A stretch of DNA of 64,000 nucleotides from Eledone cirrhosa (lineage: Eukaryota): positions 267,220,001 to 267,284,000 of the forward strand of contig OZ024742.1 in assembly GCA_964016885.1 (NCBI GenBank), written 5' to 3'. Positions 1-14,580 of the stretch are shown here, in pieces. The position numbers and the translations under genes are program-made. Position 1 is the first letter of the stretch, and every line of letters begins with the position of its first letter. The notes beneath the pieces were generated by a model. It ran no database searches and was not told the DNA's origin. It was given only the letters and a program-made list of their open reading frames with translations.

Positions 1-1148
1 CACAAAATAGGATACTCCACATTCAACGTATTACGTTGTACTACTTGTAGTCATCCAAAGTGAAGGCGTCCAGGGCATTTGACACGGCTTCCTTCATCCT
101 CTCCACATCCTCAAAGCGGATACACCTGAGCTTCTCCTTCAGTTTCGAGAACATCCAGAAATTGCACGAGGCTATGTCTGGTCTTTAGGGAGGATGAGGT
201 ACAGTCTTGACTCCAATAACGGCTACGTAGTTGGTAATCAGGATGAATTTACGGTAGAGGGCAGTGGACACTGACCAGATTTAAAGAATTCTGGTCTCTG
301 AACTGCCTCAGAACCTCTATATAATACTCTGTGTTCTCTGCCTGACCGTGGAGGACCCAGTGGATGTAGATGATGTTCTTGCTATCGAAGAATGGGGTCA
401 TCATGAGCTTCCCAGTGGACCTGCCTTGCCTGCCCTTCTAGGGTATTGGAGAGTTAGAATGTTTCCACCTTTCACTATTCGTCTCTGGATCAAAACAATA
501 GACGCAGCTCTCATCACAGATTACGAATGACTCAAGGACATTTGGATTTGAGGCGATCCATTCGAACATCTCCCTGCTGTCATCAACGCGCCTCTCCCTT
601 TGATCTTCATTGATCATCCTGGAAACAAGCTTTGCACAAATTGCGCGCATGTTCTGATCGTCAAGAATGACTGTGCACAGTGCTCTCAGCCACTTCAAAT
701 TATTTAGCAATCATTAGAAGAGATACACGACGGTCCTTGTCCAGAAAGTTGTGAATACCTTTGACCGGTTTTGGCGTCCTGCTGTACTTTTCCTGCCACA
801 TCTCTCATCATCCCTCATCTGCTCGCTGCTCTCCTGGAATCCCTTGTGCCAGCGGAAAACAGTCTCCCGGCTCGTGAATGTTAGTCCGTAAAAAGGTTTG
901 ACAATTTTATAGGTTTTTGCAGCGATTTTGCCGAGCTTGAGACAAACCGTTATTGCATATCGAGTTTACAAGTTGTCCTCACGTCCCAACTGCATTGTGT
1001 ATCCATTCTGTTGTGACACGGCGTGTATTCAAAGTGCTGTAGCGGTTCGAACCTTCAGCCTGGAAAAAAGATTTGCATGTTAGCTTTATAATCATATCAA
1101 GGATGTATTAGAGTGACATTTACCCAGGTCAATTAAAAGTGCCTCATA
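1..1148 (-). mobile_element. Decayed mariner (Tc1/mariner) DNA transposon, transposase pseudogene
   Basis: Minus-strand translation gives the mariner N-terminal HTH (RYAITVCLKLGK...RETVFRWHKGFQE, ~840-965), ICAKLV (WVPxxL-like), ICDESCVYCFDPET (TGDETW motif, ORF 438-710) and HPP*RPDIA (HPPYSPDLAP) near 170-200. Stops and frameshifts are present. Probable TA-flanked terminus at ~1145. Confidence 0.85.
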
Positions 1149-1509
1149 TAGTATTTTGCGTGATGCTTCTAGTTTGGGGATGCTCATTTGCATGTAGGAA
1201 ATAGAAAACATCAAGTGGTCATTTGCATATCGTGCTTGGCTATTTATGTTTAATTATAGGTAGAATTAAGGCAGCAAAATATCATATAGACTATAGTCTA
1301 ATATATGCCAGTATGTTCTGAGTGAGTGTTACTCATGAAAGATAAACAAATCTTGAAACATCGTTGTCTGATACTCTCAGAATATACTGGCAACTCTATA
1401 GTATATTCATAGTGGAAAATAGAGAACAATCTATTTATTTCTCGTTTCATTTCGTTACGAAAAAATATTTCTTTTTGGCAGCGAGGTTACCTATATGTTT
1501 ATTGTATAT

Positions 1510-1600
1510 AATTGTTTCTACGTTAGGCACAAGGCCAGAAATTACCCAGTGTATTACTGGTACTTTATTTTATCGACCCCGTAAGGATGAAAGGCAAAGT
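1510..1600 (-). mobile_element. tRNA-derived SINE, 3' fragment
   Basis: Carries the ttgtttcta..ggcacaaggccag..ctggtactttattttatcgaccccgtaaggatgaaaggcaaag block shared with about ten other copies in the window. Confidence 0.8.
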
Positions 1601-4600
1601 TTATTGTGTATAATGCACCTATATCATGGTTAAACGCTGTCTTACAGCTACCGCTAGTTAAATATAACCAGACTCACATATTGTATGGTCGTGAGTCGGC
1701 ATGGCAATTACGTTAAGGGTACATATGTTTGTGAAACAAGTAAATTCACGAGTTAGACGTTCAGTTGGTCGAACAACTGAATGCTCAAGTTTGAAATCGA
1801 AGGAGAGACTCTTCATGATCATCATCACTAGCAGATTATCCAGTGTGTCACTCCTTAACCAAGATAGTAAAATGTATAGTAAGGTATAGTTGGTTGACAT
1901 TTTATCAGTTCTAGTGATCATAATCTCGTGTTAATGAGTTGCATTATCACGATGCATCTGCTCATCGTTTGATTTGTGCAAGAAACATTGTAAATGCATG
2001 TTTCACTATATATCAATACGGAAAGAGATAAATTCACAGCGTCATTGGTGGGTCAGTTAAGGCAACTTTAGGCTTTTCCGCACTCTAAATTCAAATCCCA
2101 CCAATTTTGCTAATGTCGATAAAAAAAAATTAATCCTAGGCGGTTTATTGTCGGAAATGAGCTCGATTGCACTGACAGCGTTGCCAAGATATAGTAGCTA
2201 CTGCGTTTCCTTTCGTGTGGCGTCATATACATATTTAATTACATATTGCATATGTTTCATTGTCGATCAGCTCGAGGAGCGATCGAACCTGACTCTGGAA
2301 TCGGAAGCTCCTCAGATATGTGTTAACATGTAGACTCACGTTATAATTGTATATAATATCTTGTTTATATATAAATCCATATATATTTGTCTGTGTATGT
2401 GTTCGATTGTTTTGTGTGCTTTCGTGTGAACCTCCCTACTCTAATATATATGCACAAACACGGATGTATTTAAGTATGCACATTCATATGCAAATATATT
2501 ACAACTGATACATTCATATCCTACACACCGGTAATTGAAAATTATCAGTAACCTATAAATAGTTATAGCTATTAATGATATTATGCCTCTTTCCATGTTC
2601 TTGTACCATCAGAAAGTTTACAAAACAATTTGCAATTATTTGACGTTGCGTTGTGTATCTATTGGGTAAATCAAATCTCTGTAACATAATGGAATTAATG
2701 CAGGTTTATAGACTGAAAAATAATGCTACAAATAAGATATATTTGATTAGACCAAATTTGATATAATAATTTGGTATAGCCGTAATTATATTGTCAGTGG
2801 AATATATAACGTTTACATCGTAGTTTTAGATATTGGGAGAAAATTTCCTTCAATTTAAGACACAACTTTGTTAATCTCATAAATAGTGTAGATTATGAGA
2901 CAGTTTATATACAGAAATATTTGATATAATTTATGTTTTACATGGAATCGAGGCAATATTTCTAAAATTGAGGATGAGTAGTCGTCATTTGAATATGCCG
3001 CAGTATATTACTGATTATCATATGTCAATACGTGACCATGTAAATGGTCACTCAACTCTATAAAAGTATCTGCTAAACCTATTTCCATTCATACACTACC
3101 GTCTCACATATTTACATTTCACAAATTCATGGTTCGATAAATAAACTCATTCAAACCTGGAAGAATTGTAACATAGTTAAAGCGTCAAATGAGATGTCTT
3201 GTATTATCTGTTCCGGCTTTTGTACTTTTTGTTTCAAAACCACACTGTACCTTACTAGAATCAAACGCTGAATTCTTTAACCGTTTTACCAAAATCACTC
3301 ATTTCTTGGGCGGATTTAGACGAATTCACTCCACTGGAAGCGTTTAAAGCTGGAATCCAGTTTACAGTACCTTTTTCCATCTCATCCACCAGATTTGGAT
3401 GTCCTCAAAATTGTCTTCGGCAGTGCTGTTCCTTCCCTGACGCGACAGTGAAAAAAAACAAATTTTTTCAAGCTACAAAAATTAACGAAGGTCCATTTGT
3501 TGATGACGTCATGGATACAAATGAAAATATGCCATAGCTATGGATGCATACATTATATAACCATGTTTACTCGATGATAAAAAAAGTTGTTTTAATAAAT
3601 GTTAAAGACAGTTTTGATCTATTTCAAGGCATCTGAGATTGGAAAGGGAGAGAGAGAGAGAGAGAGGAGGGAGAGAAAGAGAGAAAGAGAGAGATATAGA
3701 GGGGGGGGGGGGAGACAGCGGGTAGACATGACACCAATTCTTACAGCATAGTGGAATTTAGTAGTGGTACACAGGATCAAGATGACGAATTAAGTCTAAT
3801 TTCCCGGTAAGCTACAGGAACATTTGAAGTGAGAATGCAAAAAGCCGGAAGAAACGCTGTAAGCCATGTCATCCAGCACCCTTACATTTTCTCCAGTCTT
3901 AGGTTGATACTTTATTTTTCGACACCGAAAAGAAACAGATAGAGTTGGTTGTAGTTGTATTTGACCACAGAGTTGTCGCAAAATAACTGCAACTCCACCA
4001 TATAAAATAAGCATAAGATAACGTAGCTCATAACACTGGTTAAAAACTACCACGAAATTCGCATCTATGTTTGCAACTGAGTTGAAAGATTCTTCACTAA
4101 TCGTCGTACTCAATTGATTCTTAGAAGGGAGAAAAGTTATATTATTTACCTTTTATGGGTCTTCCTTAGGGCTCTCTTCCTCTTTCTATCTTAGACAACG
4201 TATTTGTTTATTTATGTTATATCAAGTTTGAGCGCTATTGGTAACATGTAACCCAGTGCAAATTTCTGCATGGTTGATCGTAGGCAAACAAACTGGCAAT
4301 ACAAATGATCAAGGATACCATCACTCTAAAACATCATTGATTGATTTCCACAATCTAATATGACGAAATATACATAACCAACCAGCTATTAGCACCGCAA
4401 TAATCCATAACGCTACTATGTATTTCATAAAGTAATTTGAAAGCGGAATCCCATCTCAAGTATTCATTGAAAAGATGACGTCAACATGGCATATCATTAA
4501 ATGCATTTAACAGATATACAACCGCCTAACAGATGAACGCTTGCGATTACATGACAAGGGAGTAATCAACGCTCAATTATGGTATGCCAGCAAGGTATGG

Positions 4601-6594
4601 TGACAAACAAGTAATAGTTATCTTCGACAAATCTCGCATTCAAATACGGAATATTAATATCTACTCTCAAATTAGCTATTTTTCTTGAAGCAGGGTTAAC
4701 TTCAAGACACTCGTTGATAGAATAATCTAGGAAGCGTAAATGGCTAACTGATCAGTTTAGTCGGGGTGAAAAATAGCATGGTATTTGTGTTCCTCCACGG
4801 GTTGAACAATAACGATCATTCAAAGTAACAATTAAAGAAGAGTTAAAAGGATACCATAACATTACACCTTCAAACGGTTTTACGAAGTTGGTCGGTTGTA
4901 CAGATGGGGCTCATTCAGATAATAGTGTAGGGGAGTGGAGCTACTGAATTTTAAAAATTAATAAAACAGCTATGATGCAGAGTAGTGGTTATCTGTTTGT
5001 CAAAGTTGTACACAGGGAATCACTTAGCCCGACTTCCTTGACAAACTTGTTCAGCAATAGGATCATACTCAAAACCGCATGGCTAGAATGTGAAGTTCTT
5101 AAGAACAGAGGTGACCAATATTTGAGTGAGAGCAGATTTTGTCGATTCAATGAACTTCAGTACATGTAAGGGATTAGTTTGCTTGTCCCAGTATACAAAA
5201 CATGTAAACTATTTTTTTTAAGATGTAAATTCTGACGTCACAGTTTCGGCTCTGGCATGAAAGCCCTTTTGATAAATGGCAAAATTCGCATTACACAAAA
5301 CACTGACATTTTCATTATTTTACCAATTTCATTAGCTGATTTCTTTTAATAACGACCATCATTAGTTTTATATGATTCTGAGTTTTCTCTTAAATATTGC
5401 AAAATTTCCTCTGCCTACATACATAAGTAGAAATATCTGTACTTATCCACATATATTCACTCAGAAACACACACACATCGTCACTATATTCTGAGTTGAA
5501 GTAGCAGACATTAGTGAAGTCGATTCATATCGATTATAGCTATTCGTTATAACTGTTTGGTTCTGTGCCAATATTAAAAATCAATATTGGTTTCTTTCTT
5601 CGTATTTAGGCAAAAAGTTTGGTTAGGTTTGTGAAATGTGGTGGGCTGGTGGTGGAGGTTACAGGGAGAATTGAAACTACTGCATTATCTGCTTGCATGA
5701 TTCTTAGGTTTTACATAACAACGCTGGTCATAAGATAGATATCAATAATATTTAATGAGAATATGTTGATATAGTAGATATCGTAGAACATCAAGCTTCC
5801 CTTTCATTCCTCTTGGGTCGATGAAATGTGTGCAAGTAATAAACCCGAGTTGAACCATCGACTAAAAGACTCTTTCCTATAAAATTCAACTTTCTAAGTT
5901 GTAAAGAACTCGACATTAACTGATTTTTGTTGGGAATCAATACGCTAGAATTGATGAGAGATCAATGCAAACAGCTCTAATCTGCTCCCATTGATACGGA
6001 ACTGGTAGTTTAACAGCATTGATTGCGACATTTTAGGTTAATGAAGCGGACAGAGATACGGTATCCTTTCCATGTGGAAAACTATTACAATATTGATTGT
6101 TGATTTAATACCTTCCCCCTTCACTCTGTTTCTCTCTTTTTCTCTCTGCTTCTATTTGCCTTTCTCCTTTGTGAAGTGGGAAATCGCTCTTGATGCTTAA
6201 ATGTTGTTTGTTCGTTTTCCAATAACTAATGAGAGATCGTAGCTTCATTTAGTTCAGCAAAGCTATTATAACCGCTACTGTTGCTTTTTACAACACTTAA
6301 TCGTTTTCTCCACACATAGTATGGTGGCGGTTCACTCGCTTGTTGAATATTTGATTGATGGATTCTATTGACATAATGAGAAAAAAAGATCGTTCCGAAA
6401 CATTTAAAAGAAATAGAATATCAGTTTATGGGGCAACCTTCCTGTATTTGTGTAATATGTTGCAGCAGCTACCCTTTGTTAATTGCAGGTAGCTGGGAAG
6501 TGTAAGAATTTTGACTTAAAGCTCAAGTTTTGAGGATGATATTTTGTCAGAATATAAAAGTAACATATTACAAATGTAACACATTAAATATATA

Positions 6595-6949
6595 TATTTC
6601 TTTATTTGCCACAAGGGCACAAAAGATGGGGACAAATACAAATACAAAGTGGGGAGTTTACATACAAGCGTATGAAAATATAACTAATAAATAAATAACA
6701 AATAACAATTGAAATCCCCAATAGCGGGGAGGCGTTACACATGGGTTGTACACACCCCGAAAAAATGTACAACCCTCATCTCCAGGAGCACGAAGAGCGA
6801 GCGTTCCTTTCATTTCTTCCTCTTTTTCCTGAACCTCCAGGTTTATATAGAGAAAAGGCCCAACCACTCGGGCCATTTATGCCACATTCACCCACCTTTC
6901 ATAAAATGTACTGGGGTGCAGCACCTCTCTCCACTCTGATTCTTCTTCT
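6595..6949 (-). mobile_element. 5'-truncated Tx1-clade LINE (ORF2 C-terminus + 3'UTR) with 12-bp TSD
   Basis: Encodes ...MARVVGPFLYINL (cf. MARVNGPSLYIRL of ORF 56185-58377). Its 3' end gcccttgtggcaaataaagaaat matches the young copies. The direct repeat attaaatatata lies at 6583-6594 and 6950-6961. Confidence 0.85.
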
Positions 6950-9185
6950 ATTAAATATATAATGGATGTGACATTCGAACCCAGGCTGAAGATTCACGAA
7001 ATTTCAAAATCGCCATCAGTAGTATACTTCAAAGGTGAACCGAGATCTCATTGTTATTTAACTGTAGACTATTGTTAAAATAACCTATATATTTGGCAGC
7101 ATGGCTACGCTACTTTATCAATCAATCCGATATACAGTTCGAAACATACTGAAATTGACATTGATTTGATCATTAGCATTCCGGAATCGATAAAATAAGC
7201 TTCCCAGAAAATGTGTTTCCTTGGATGTTTGCCTCAAATCAGTTATAAAATTGCGATGGATAGCTGAAAGTATAGTGCATTATAGTAAACTCTTCGCAGT
7301 ATATGCTTACTTCAGTTTACGTTCGTATTTCTTATGTGAAATCCTCATAAGCCAGGTTCGGAGCATTGTATCAATATAAGATGTCAACATATTTTATAGC
7401 AAGGTGTAAGTTCGACTATTGCTATTCAACTCCCCGCATTCTATAAAATAAATTACCAGTCAGGTAGTGGATTCGAACTTACTATATCTTTCCCCCAATC
7501 TTGTCCCCAAATCTATCGCTTCGTGTTAATCTTAGAAACCACTATTATTTATAGCAGGACGTATACTTCAAGTGGATGCCAGAATATCTGTTTCACACTT
7601 TAATGAAAGTAATTTCACGCATAGACGATTTTGGTGGTTATGCAGTTCATGTGGATAGGGCAGTGTACATTTCAGGGCCTACAGTTCAATAACTGGAAAC
7701 GAACTCTGATGAAATTCCATACGGCTTCCGTCCATTAACTGTACTTCAAAATGCTTTATTGACCGGGGAATTTGCAAGTGCATACTTTCTAAAGAGCAGT
7801 GGAGGTGAACTAGAACAAAATCCACATGTTCATGAAACAACCTCTGCTGTACGTATTCCTTCTGTTAATAACCTCGAGTATGACATAAACGTTTTCTTTC
7901 TAATGTTTCATACTCTAATATAAAGAGTTGTTTATAGAGAAAAATAAATCGACAAATCTCAGAGCACCGAGGCAACAGGAATATTTGTGTATATCTGATT
8001 AAATAACTTCCAATATAAAATATTATTTATTCTGCAGACGAAAATAAATTGAAATAACTCCGGGCATTGACATAGTAGAACTATTGCTGTGTGTTTCACA
8101 AGTTAAGTTCCAACATAATATATCATCTTTTCTCTTTATATATTTCTAACTATATTTGTGTTTATAGTTGTTCAGAAGCATTGCAGCAGCAGAACAGGAA
8201 ATAGTTAGTTTTACTAATTGGTTTGTAGTTTTAAAAAAGAGCCATTTTATGGTTCCAGTTTGCATTCTATTTCTTGGCGAAAATTCCTTAGAACTGAGAG
8301 GCAGTTAAGAACATATATTCTAGCCAATGACATACCGTTATGTTTTCTTTTGTACACTTGATTATACAAATACATCAAAGGTTTATAAGGCACAGATATC
8401 ATAGAGACTGGGTTACATGCATCGTAAACTACAATAAATTGGTCTGAACGGTGGCTTCAAGAATGAGATGTAGATGCTTTATATGTGGATTACATAGCTA
8501 CGTAGTGGTTTTTAATGCTTTATGTCAAGTGGAGTAAAGTCATAGAAACGAAGTCTTCGAAGGCGATAAAACAACACAAGCGAGAATCTGCTAGATCGGG
8601 CTTTGAGGAAACCGTATTGGGTTATATACTCAATGAAGGGGATATACTCAATGAACTGAAGGAGTAGATTGATTATAACAGCCAACATCATATATGACAT
8701 CTTGAAAATACCTTTGGCTGATTGATATTGCAGTTCATAAAAAAATCATACAACTCGTTTTCGTAATATAAAGACTCTTTGTCTAGACAAATATAAAGAA
8801 CATTTATTGTTATGCCAATATAATAAGTAATGCATATTTTCTGAATAATATTTATCGATCAAGGATTAGATTATTATTCTTTATTACCATTTTCAGAATT
8901 AGTTTGCAAGCTGTAGTTACAATGAAAATAAAATAGCACTGTACAAGTCAATGAAAATCTTATTAAGTCCGGTATATACTGAAATAAATTATTCTTAATG
9001 TTTGCAATATTACACCACCGAATGATGGAACTTTGTATTCGGTTTGGCGTACATAGTTCGTTAATTCTGTTTATGCCTTGCTGTAAATGCAAGTTAGATA
9101 TTTTCCAAATGAAAGATTGTGTAAGTCTGAAGCAAAATCTGCCGCTGACTGACTGCATTTCTTTCATACACTCTCTCATTCTCTC

Positions 9186-9198
9186 AATATATATATAA

Positions 9199-9258
<60 letters not shown>

Positions 9259-9425
9259 TAATCTGGTAAAGGATATCCGAAAGTGGAAGAGCACTCAGTC
9301 TGTGGGACGAGTTTCATTTTAACACAGTTCGATCGATGTGATCCTTCTTCAGAAATATCTAAAAGAGGAACCCATCAATACACATGTACTTGAAGTGATA
9401 GCATAGATAGTATAATAAATAACGG

Positions 9426-9497
<72 letters not shown>

Positions 9498-9540
9498 CAT
9501 ATATATACATATATATATATATATATACATATATATATAC

Positions 9541-9611
<71 letters not shown>

Positions 9612-9628
9612 TATATGTATATATATAC

Positions 9629-9724
<96 letters not shown>

Positions 9725-9850
9725 CTGTGTGTATGTATGCATGAGTGCACACGCGTATGTATGCATGTATCTATCTATCTATCTATCTATATATATATAC
9801 ATATATGTGAAGTATTGTGTGTGTGTGTATGTGTGTGTGTGTGTGTGTGA
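9186..9850. repeat. Compound (TA)n/(CT)n/(TG)n/(TATC)n microsatellite block enclosing a short unique insert (9256-9424)
   Basis: Seen directly; source of the spurious YIYI ORFs. Confidence 0.95.
9301..9356 (-). ncRNA. Degenerate minimal hammerhead ribozyme motif (Penelope-type terminal repeat)
   Basis: Minus strand reads CTGAAGAag...GAAACtcGTC, followed by tgagtgc and a (TA)n tail. Stems I and II pair poorly. Confidence 0.4.
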
Positions 9851-11257
9851 GTGCGCATTCGTACATCATGGTGATATTTTAGATATGCCTTCACAATGTG
9901 GCACAACTTTGATTTTTGTTAAACTTGTTTTGTAGGAATAGCTGCTTCGAGATCAAATGAGAACCGCGGCAGTTACTCTAAATTATACAATATACAATGC
10001 TCTCCAAATTCCCTTATATATGCCCCCCCCCCCAGTACGCAAAATAGTTTGTATGAATGCGGTTATTTTTTAAATTCCTTTCATCAACACAATTGTTATG
10101 ACACTCTGGCGGGTATCTGTTTGAACCAAAGAAATCGTAATTATAAAAGTTGTTCATTGTAACGTACTTTCATATGAAACGGGTATTTTATTCTATTTTA
10201 TTCAATTTACTTTATTATATATTAGCATTTGCTTCTCCACTCAATTAATTTTGACTATTTTTTCCTTTAGGCGTTGGTATTTCAAAAGATAGAAATTTCG
10301 TTTAAATTCTTTGAAATTTATGGCATAACCATATTTTTGTTGTTAAATCAATGATGTAGTGAATAAATGTTTAGCACTAACTAGTTTGTAGATAGAAACG
10401 GCATAGTGAATGAATGTTTACTGCTCGTTTGTAGATAGCTGCAGCATTCATTAAATTGTTTCCATTTATAGGTCTATTTTGCAAGGAACACACTATTTTA
10501 GTTATAAAATTATAGCAATTAGAATGTGGAGTTTGTCATTGAAGAGGGAGAATGATCGAATTTCAGTATCGATTGGTATTTTGAGGTGAAACAACTACAA
10601 TTATACTCCAGAACTAATTCTGCGGATAAACGTATGAACAGCATATATTACTTCTCCTCATCTAAATTGAAAAGCCAGAGGAATAACTACAACAAGGTAA
10701 CTTGCACGTTTCTTTCAATTTGTTGGTTACTTTTGGAAAAAACAGGCTGAACGCAACACCTTCACCATTCTTCTGGAAATTAGATGATGTTGCCCAAAGT
10801 ACCTGTAATTAGCTCGGTATAGTTATGGCTGGAAAGTCACTGATTATGCAATCAGATTCATCCTGACGTGAATCATCAACAAGAACTACAACATCGATAA
10901 CAATAATAAGAACAAAATACTCAGAGAAATAGAAAATTGCAATATACATACACTAGAGGAAGAGGGGAATTTATGTTACACAATAGTTGCAACTGTAGCG
11001 TTGCTTCAAATTATATCACCAGGTGCGTTCCCCATGTATTCCGTAATCATAATTATCAAAAATTGTTAATCCTTACATTACTAACTAGATTGAAGTAGAA
11101 TCTAAACACTTTACTTTAGTGTCAATTGATATCTGTATTAAAAAAAAGAAGATATTCGTATGTTTTAATGTATACAAAATGTATATCCTTATATACATAT
11201 TAGATTATATTCCGTGAGTTATATTCGGAGTATTATGCACTCTGTGCTATCATATAA

Positions 11258-11392
11258 AAGGTAGCGAATTGGACAGGTCATTAGCCCGCCGGATAAAATA
11301 CTTTGCCGTATTCCTTCCGACTCTCTGCGCTCTCAGTTCAAAGCACGTCGAGGTAAATAAAAAAAAGTACCAATCAAATCCGGTCGCTCTCC
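11258..11392 (+). mobile_element. tRNA-derived SINE, 5' part, interrupted
   Basis: aaggtagcgaattggac..ttag..ccggataaaatac head, cagttcaaa B-box-like sequence, then aaagtacca. Confidence 0.65.
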
Positions 11393-11600
11393 GACAGGTT
11401 TGCAGTTGTACCCCTGGCAGTGGAGACTTCTGGTGTCCTCGGTCCTAGGGCTACTCACCACCATAGGCGCTGAGCTGGCCAGCTGGAGGTGTGAGCCCCG
11501 CGAGTTGGAGTGGCTTTTCCAGCGCGTCTCCCTTGCCGTCCTCCGGGGAAACGCCTTCTCCATTCTGACCACCGGGGCTGTGTGTGTGTAGGGGTGGGGG
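11393..11600 (+). mobile_element. CRE-clade non-LTR retrotransposon 3' fragment (RLE C-terminus)
   Basis: GC-rich island translating (with a frameshift) to DRFAVVPLAVETSGVLG...WLFQRVSLAVLRGNAFSIL, matching the CRE-type FxPxAxETxGxxG...QRxSxAxxRGNA C-terminal motif. Confidence 0.75.
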
Positions 11601-12979
11601 GCATCGCGTATCATTCCATATTTAATTATGGTCAGTATGTGTATGTTTATGTTTTAGATGTTGACGAAGACAGAATGTTAATTATTACTGTTGTACTGCA
11701 GAAAACTAATACTGCAAATTTTGAGAATGGTTTGTCTACGACTAATATTCTATTTAGGTAGATAGATATATTGATAGATATAAGCACATAGATTCTCTTA
11801 TAGATGTCAGAAGGATGTGCATTAACTGTCACATTTATTGTAGCTGTAAGGTTTACCCCCAATTTAGCTCCCCAAGTAGTGCTGTCAATCAGTCTTCATT
11901 CTATGATTGCAATACGTAATAGAAGGCATAAATAAAGAGAACAGAATGAAGATGCATACACGTGATTTCAGCTGTTAAAATAAAAAATAAAAATACCTAA
12001 TCTATATTTCGTCTTTATTATATCCGAACATATCGTAGGATGTAAGTAGCTTCATTGATATCATTTTCTCTTGAAACAAAGAGATGGTATGACTGACAGT
12101 TGTAATTTATTTGATTGTTAATCTAGCATTCGAATAAAGTTATTAGTCTCAACATATTGAGTTCTGTATTGATTCAAACTTTTACAACTTAATATTCACT
12201 GACACTCACACATATGCATATATGTATGCGTATGTGGTTGTGTGAGTGCATAGAAACGTGTGTGTGTGTGTGTGATAATTTATGTATTGCTCCAACTGAT
12301 CAATGAAATATGAGAGCGTACTTCCATACACTAACATTCACATTGAATTTCAGTCTGATTGTACAAGAAGAATCGCCGCATGTAAGTTCATTAAATGAAA
12401 TAGGCTCGTACAAGAAGTAAACATATTAACGTACATCTACATAATTGTTCATTTTGTTAGAAAGTGAAACCAAATCTCCATTAAATCTATCTCACCGTAA
12501 TACCTCTAAAAATGACAGATACGTACAAAGTACGAAGAGGGTGGGATAGCCATGTCTGGAATATCTTTCAGTATAGGCAGGTCATGTAATTAAATTATAA
12601 TCATCATGTACTGAATTCATATGTTGCAACTCTTTTTCATACATCTAAGCATAAACACATACAATCACATGCATATATACATACTCCAAAACTCATATAT
12701 ACATACAATTGCAATCACATACACATACGTACATACATATATTCCAAAATCACATACTCAGTTGTGTACATATATGTTCCTAAATTCCAACCCGACTCCA
12801 CTGCAACCACCATTCTTATTACATGATGTAGAACCATCACAGCTAGACATCCAAACACAGACACTAGTGATTACAATACCATCAAATAGAAAATAGTTAT
12901 GGAACATTTTTTTAATCTAAAATCATGTAACACTTGAAATGTCAGGAAAGATCTATAATTTTAATCTTTAATATTTTCA

Positions 12980-13025
<46 letters not shown>

Positions 13026-13439
13026 ACTTTTTCAAATAAAAATTGTAGATTTTATTGAATAAAAGGATAAGAAAATAAAATACTGATAAAGTACAAATAA
13101 TGCTATCAATATAGTAAACACGTCTATGGTGATCTTGTGCCTGAGATATAAATCAATATATACATTACATATTATAGTACAATACTTAGTCCTATAGAAT
13201 AGCTACAATAAACGAAATTGTAACACCTCAATATTGCTAAAGTGATGTTTGATGTTTACGCCATTTGTGTTTAATGACAATGTCATGGCTATAATTATAT
13301 ATGTAAAAAAAGTCTCGCAGATTCCTACTTCTCAAATTTTAGGAGATAGAAAAATTAGATTATTCATATACACAAAATAAAGCTGACATACACAAGCAAA
13401 CAAACACACATACATACACAGACACACACACGAAATATA

Positions 13440-13889
<450 letters not shown>

Positions 13890-13890
<1 letters not shown>

Positions 13891-14580
13891 TGGAGGTAGT
13901 GGGTGACAGGGTTTTGACGTGGTCAGTATCACGGGCGTGGGTAAGGGCAGTTTGAATGACAGAGCGAGCATATCCACGCTGGATGAAGCGAGAAGCTATG
14001 CATTAAGACTGGATCTCAAAATCAGATTCCTGGCTGCAGAGCAGACGAAGATGGAGGAATTGGTAGTATAGAATAGAAAGTTTGGTGTATGCGGGTGGGA
14101 GGAGGTGAAGTCAAGTTAAGAGTGGGAGTCAGTGGGTTTGTAGTAGAAGGAAGTAGAAAGGGTGTGGTGAATATGGTCGATAGAGAGAGAGAGAGAGAAA
14201 TGTCGAGAAATTGGACGGAAGAATCGGAAACGGAGGCCTTGATGTTGAGAGAAGGAGGACAAAAACTAGACGAAGGAGAGAAAGCAGTCAAGCTGTTCAG
14301 TGGAGACAGATGTGGCACTGATACTGTTGTCGATGTAACGATCGTATAGTGCAGGGTTAGGTCCAGTGTACTGGGAAAAGATCTGGGTGTCGACGTAGCA
14401 AACAAATAATTTAGCATAGCTCGTGCCCATTCTGGTTCCCATGGCTTCCCCATAGACCGTCTGGTAAAACTCTCCAGAAAAGTAAAACCCATCTAGGGTT
14501 AGAACAAGCTTAGTAACATGGAGATGAGTGGATGTGATAGAGCGTTGGTCATAAAAGTATCGGAGGCAGTCACCTTGGGG
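13890..14580 (-). mobile_element. Penelope-like element RT/thumb fragment, decayed
   Basis: Minus strand gives SVQFLDI, YYKPTDSHS*LDFTSSHP and QFLHLRLLCSQESDFEIQS...RFIQRGY, typical PLE RT thumb motifs. Confidence 0.75.

Noticed and set aside
8874-9935. Long YIYI/HTHT/CVCV ORFs (also 13.4-13.9, 37.1-37.5, 47.8-48.9 and 50.6-50.9 kb)
   Set aside because: They are translations of dinucleotide microsatellites, which lack stop codons; no coding signal.
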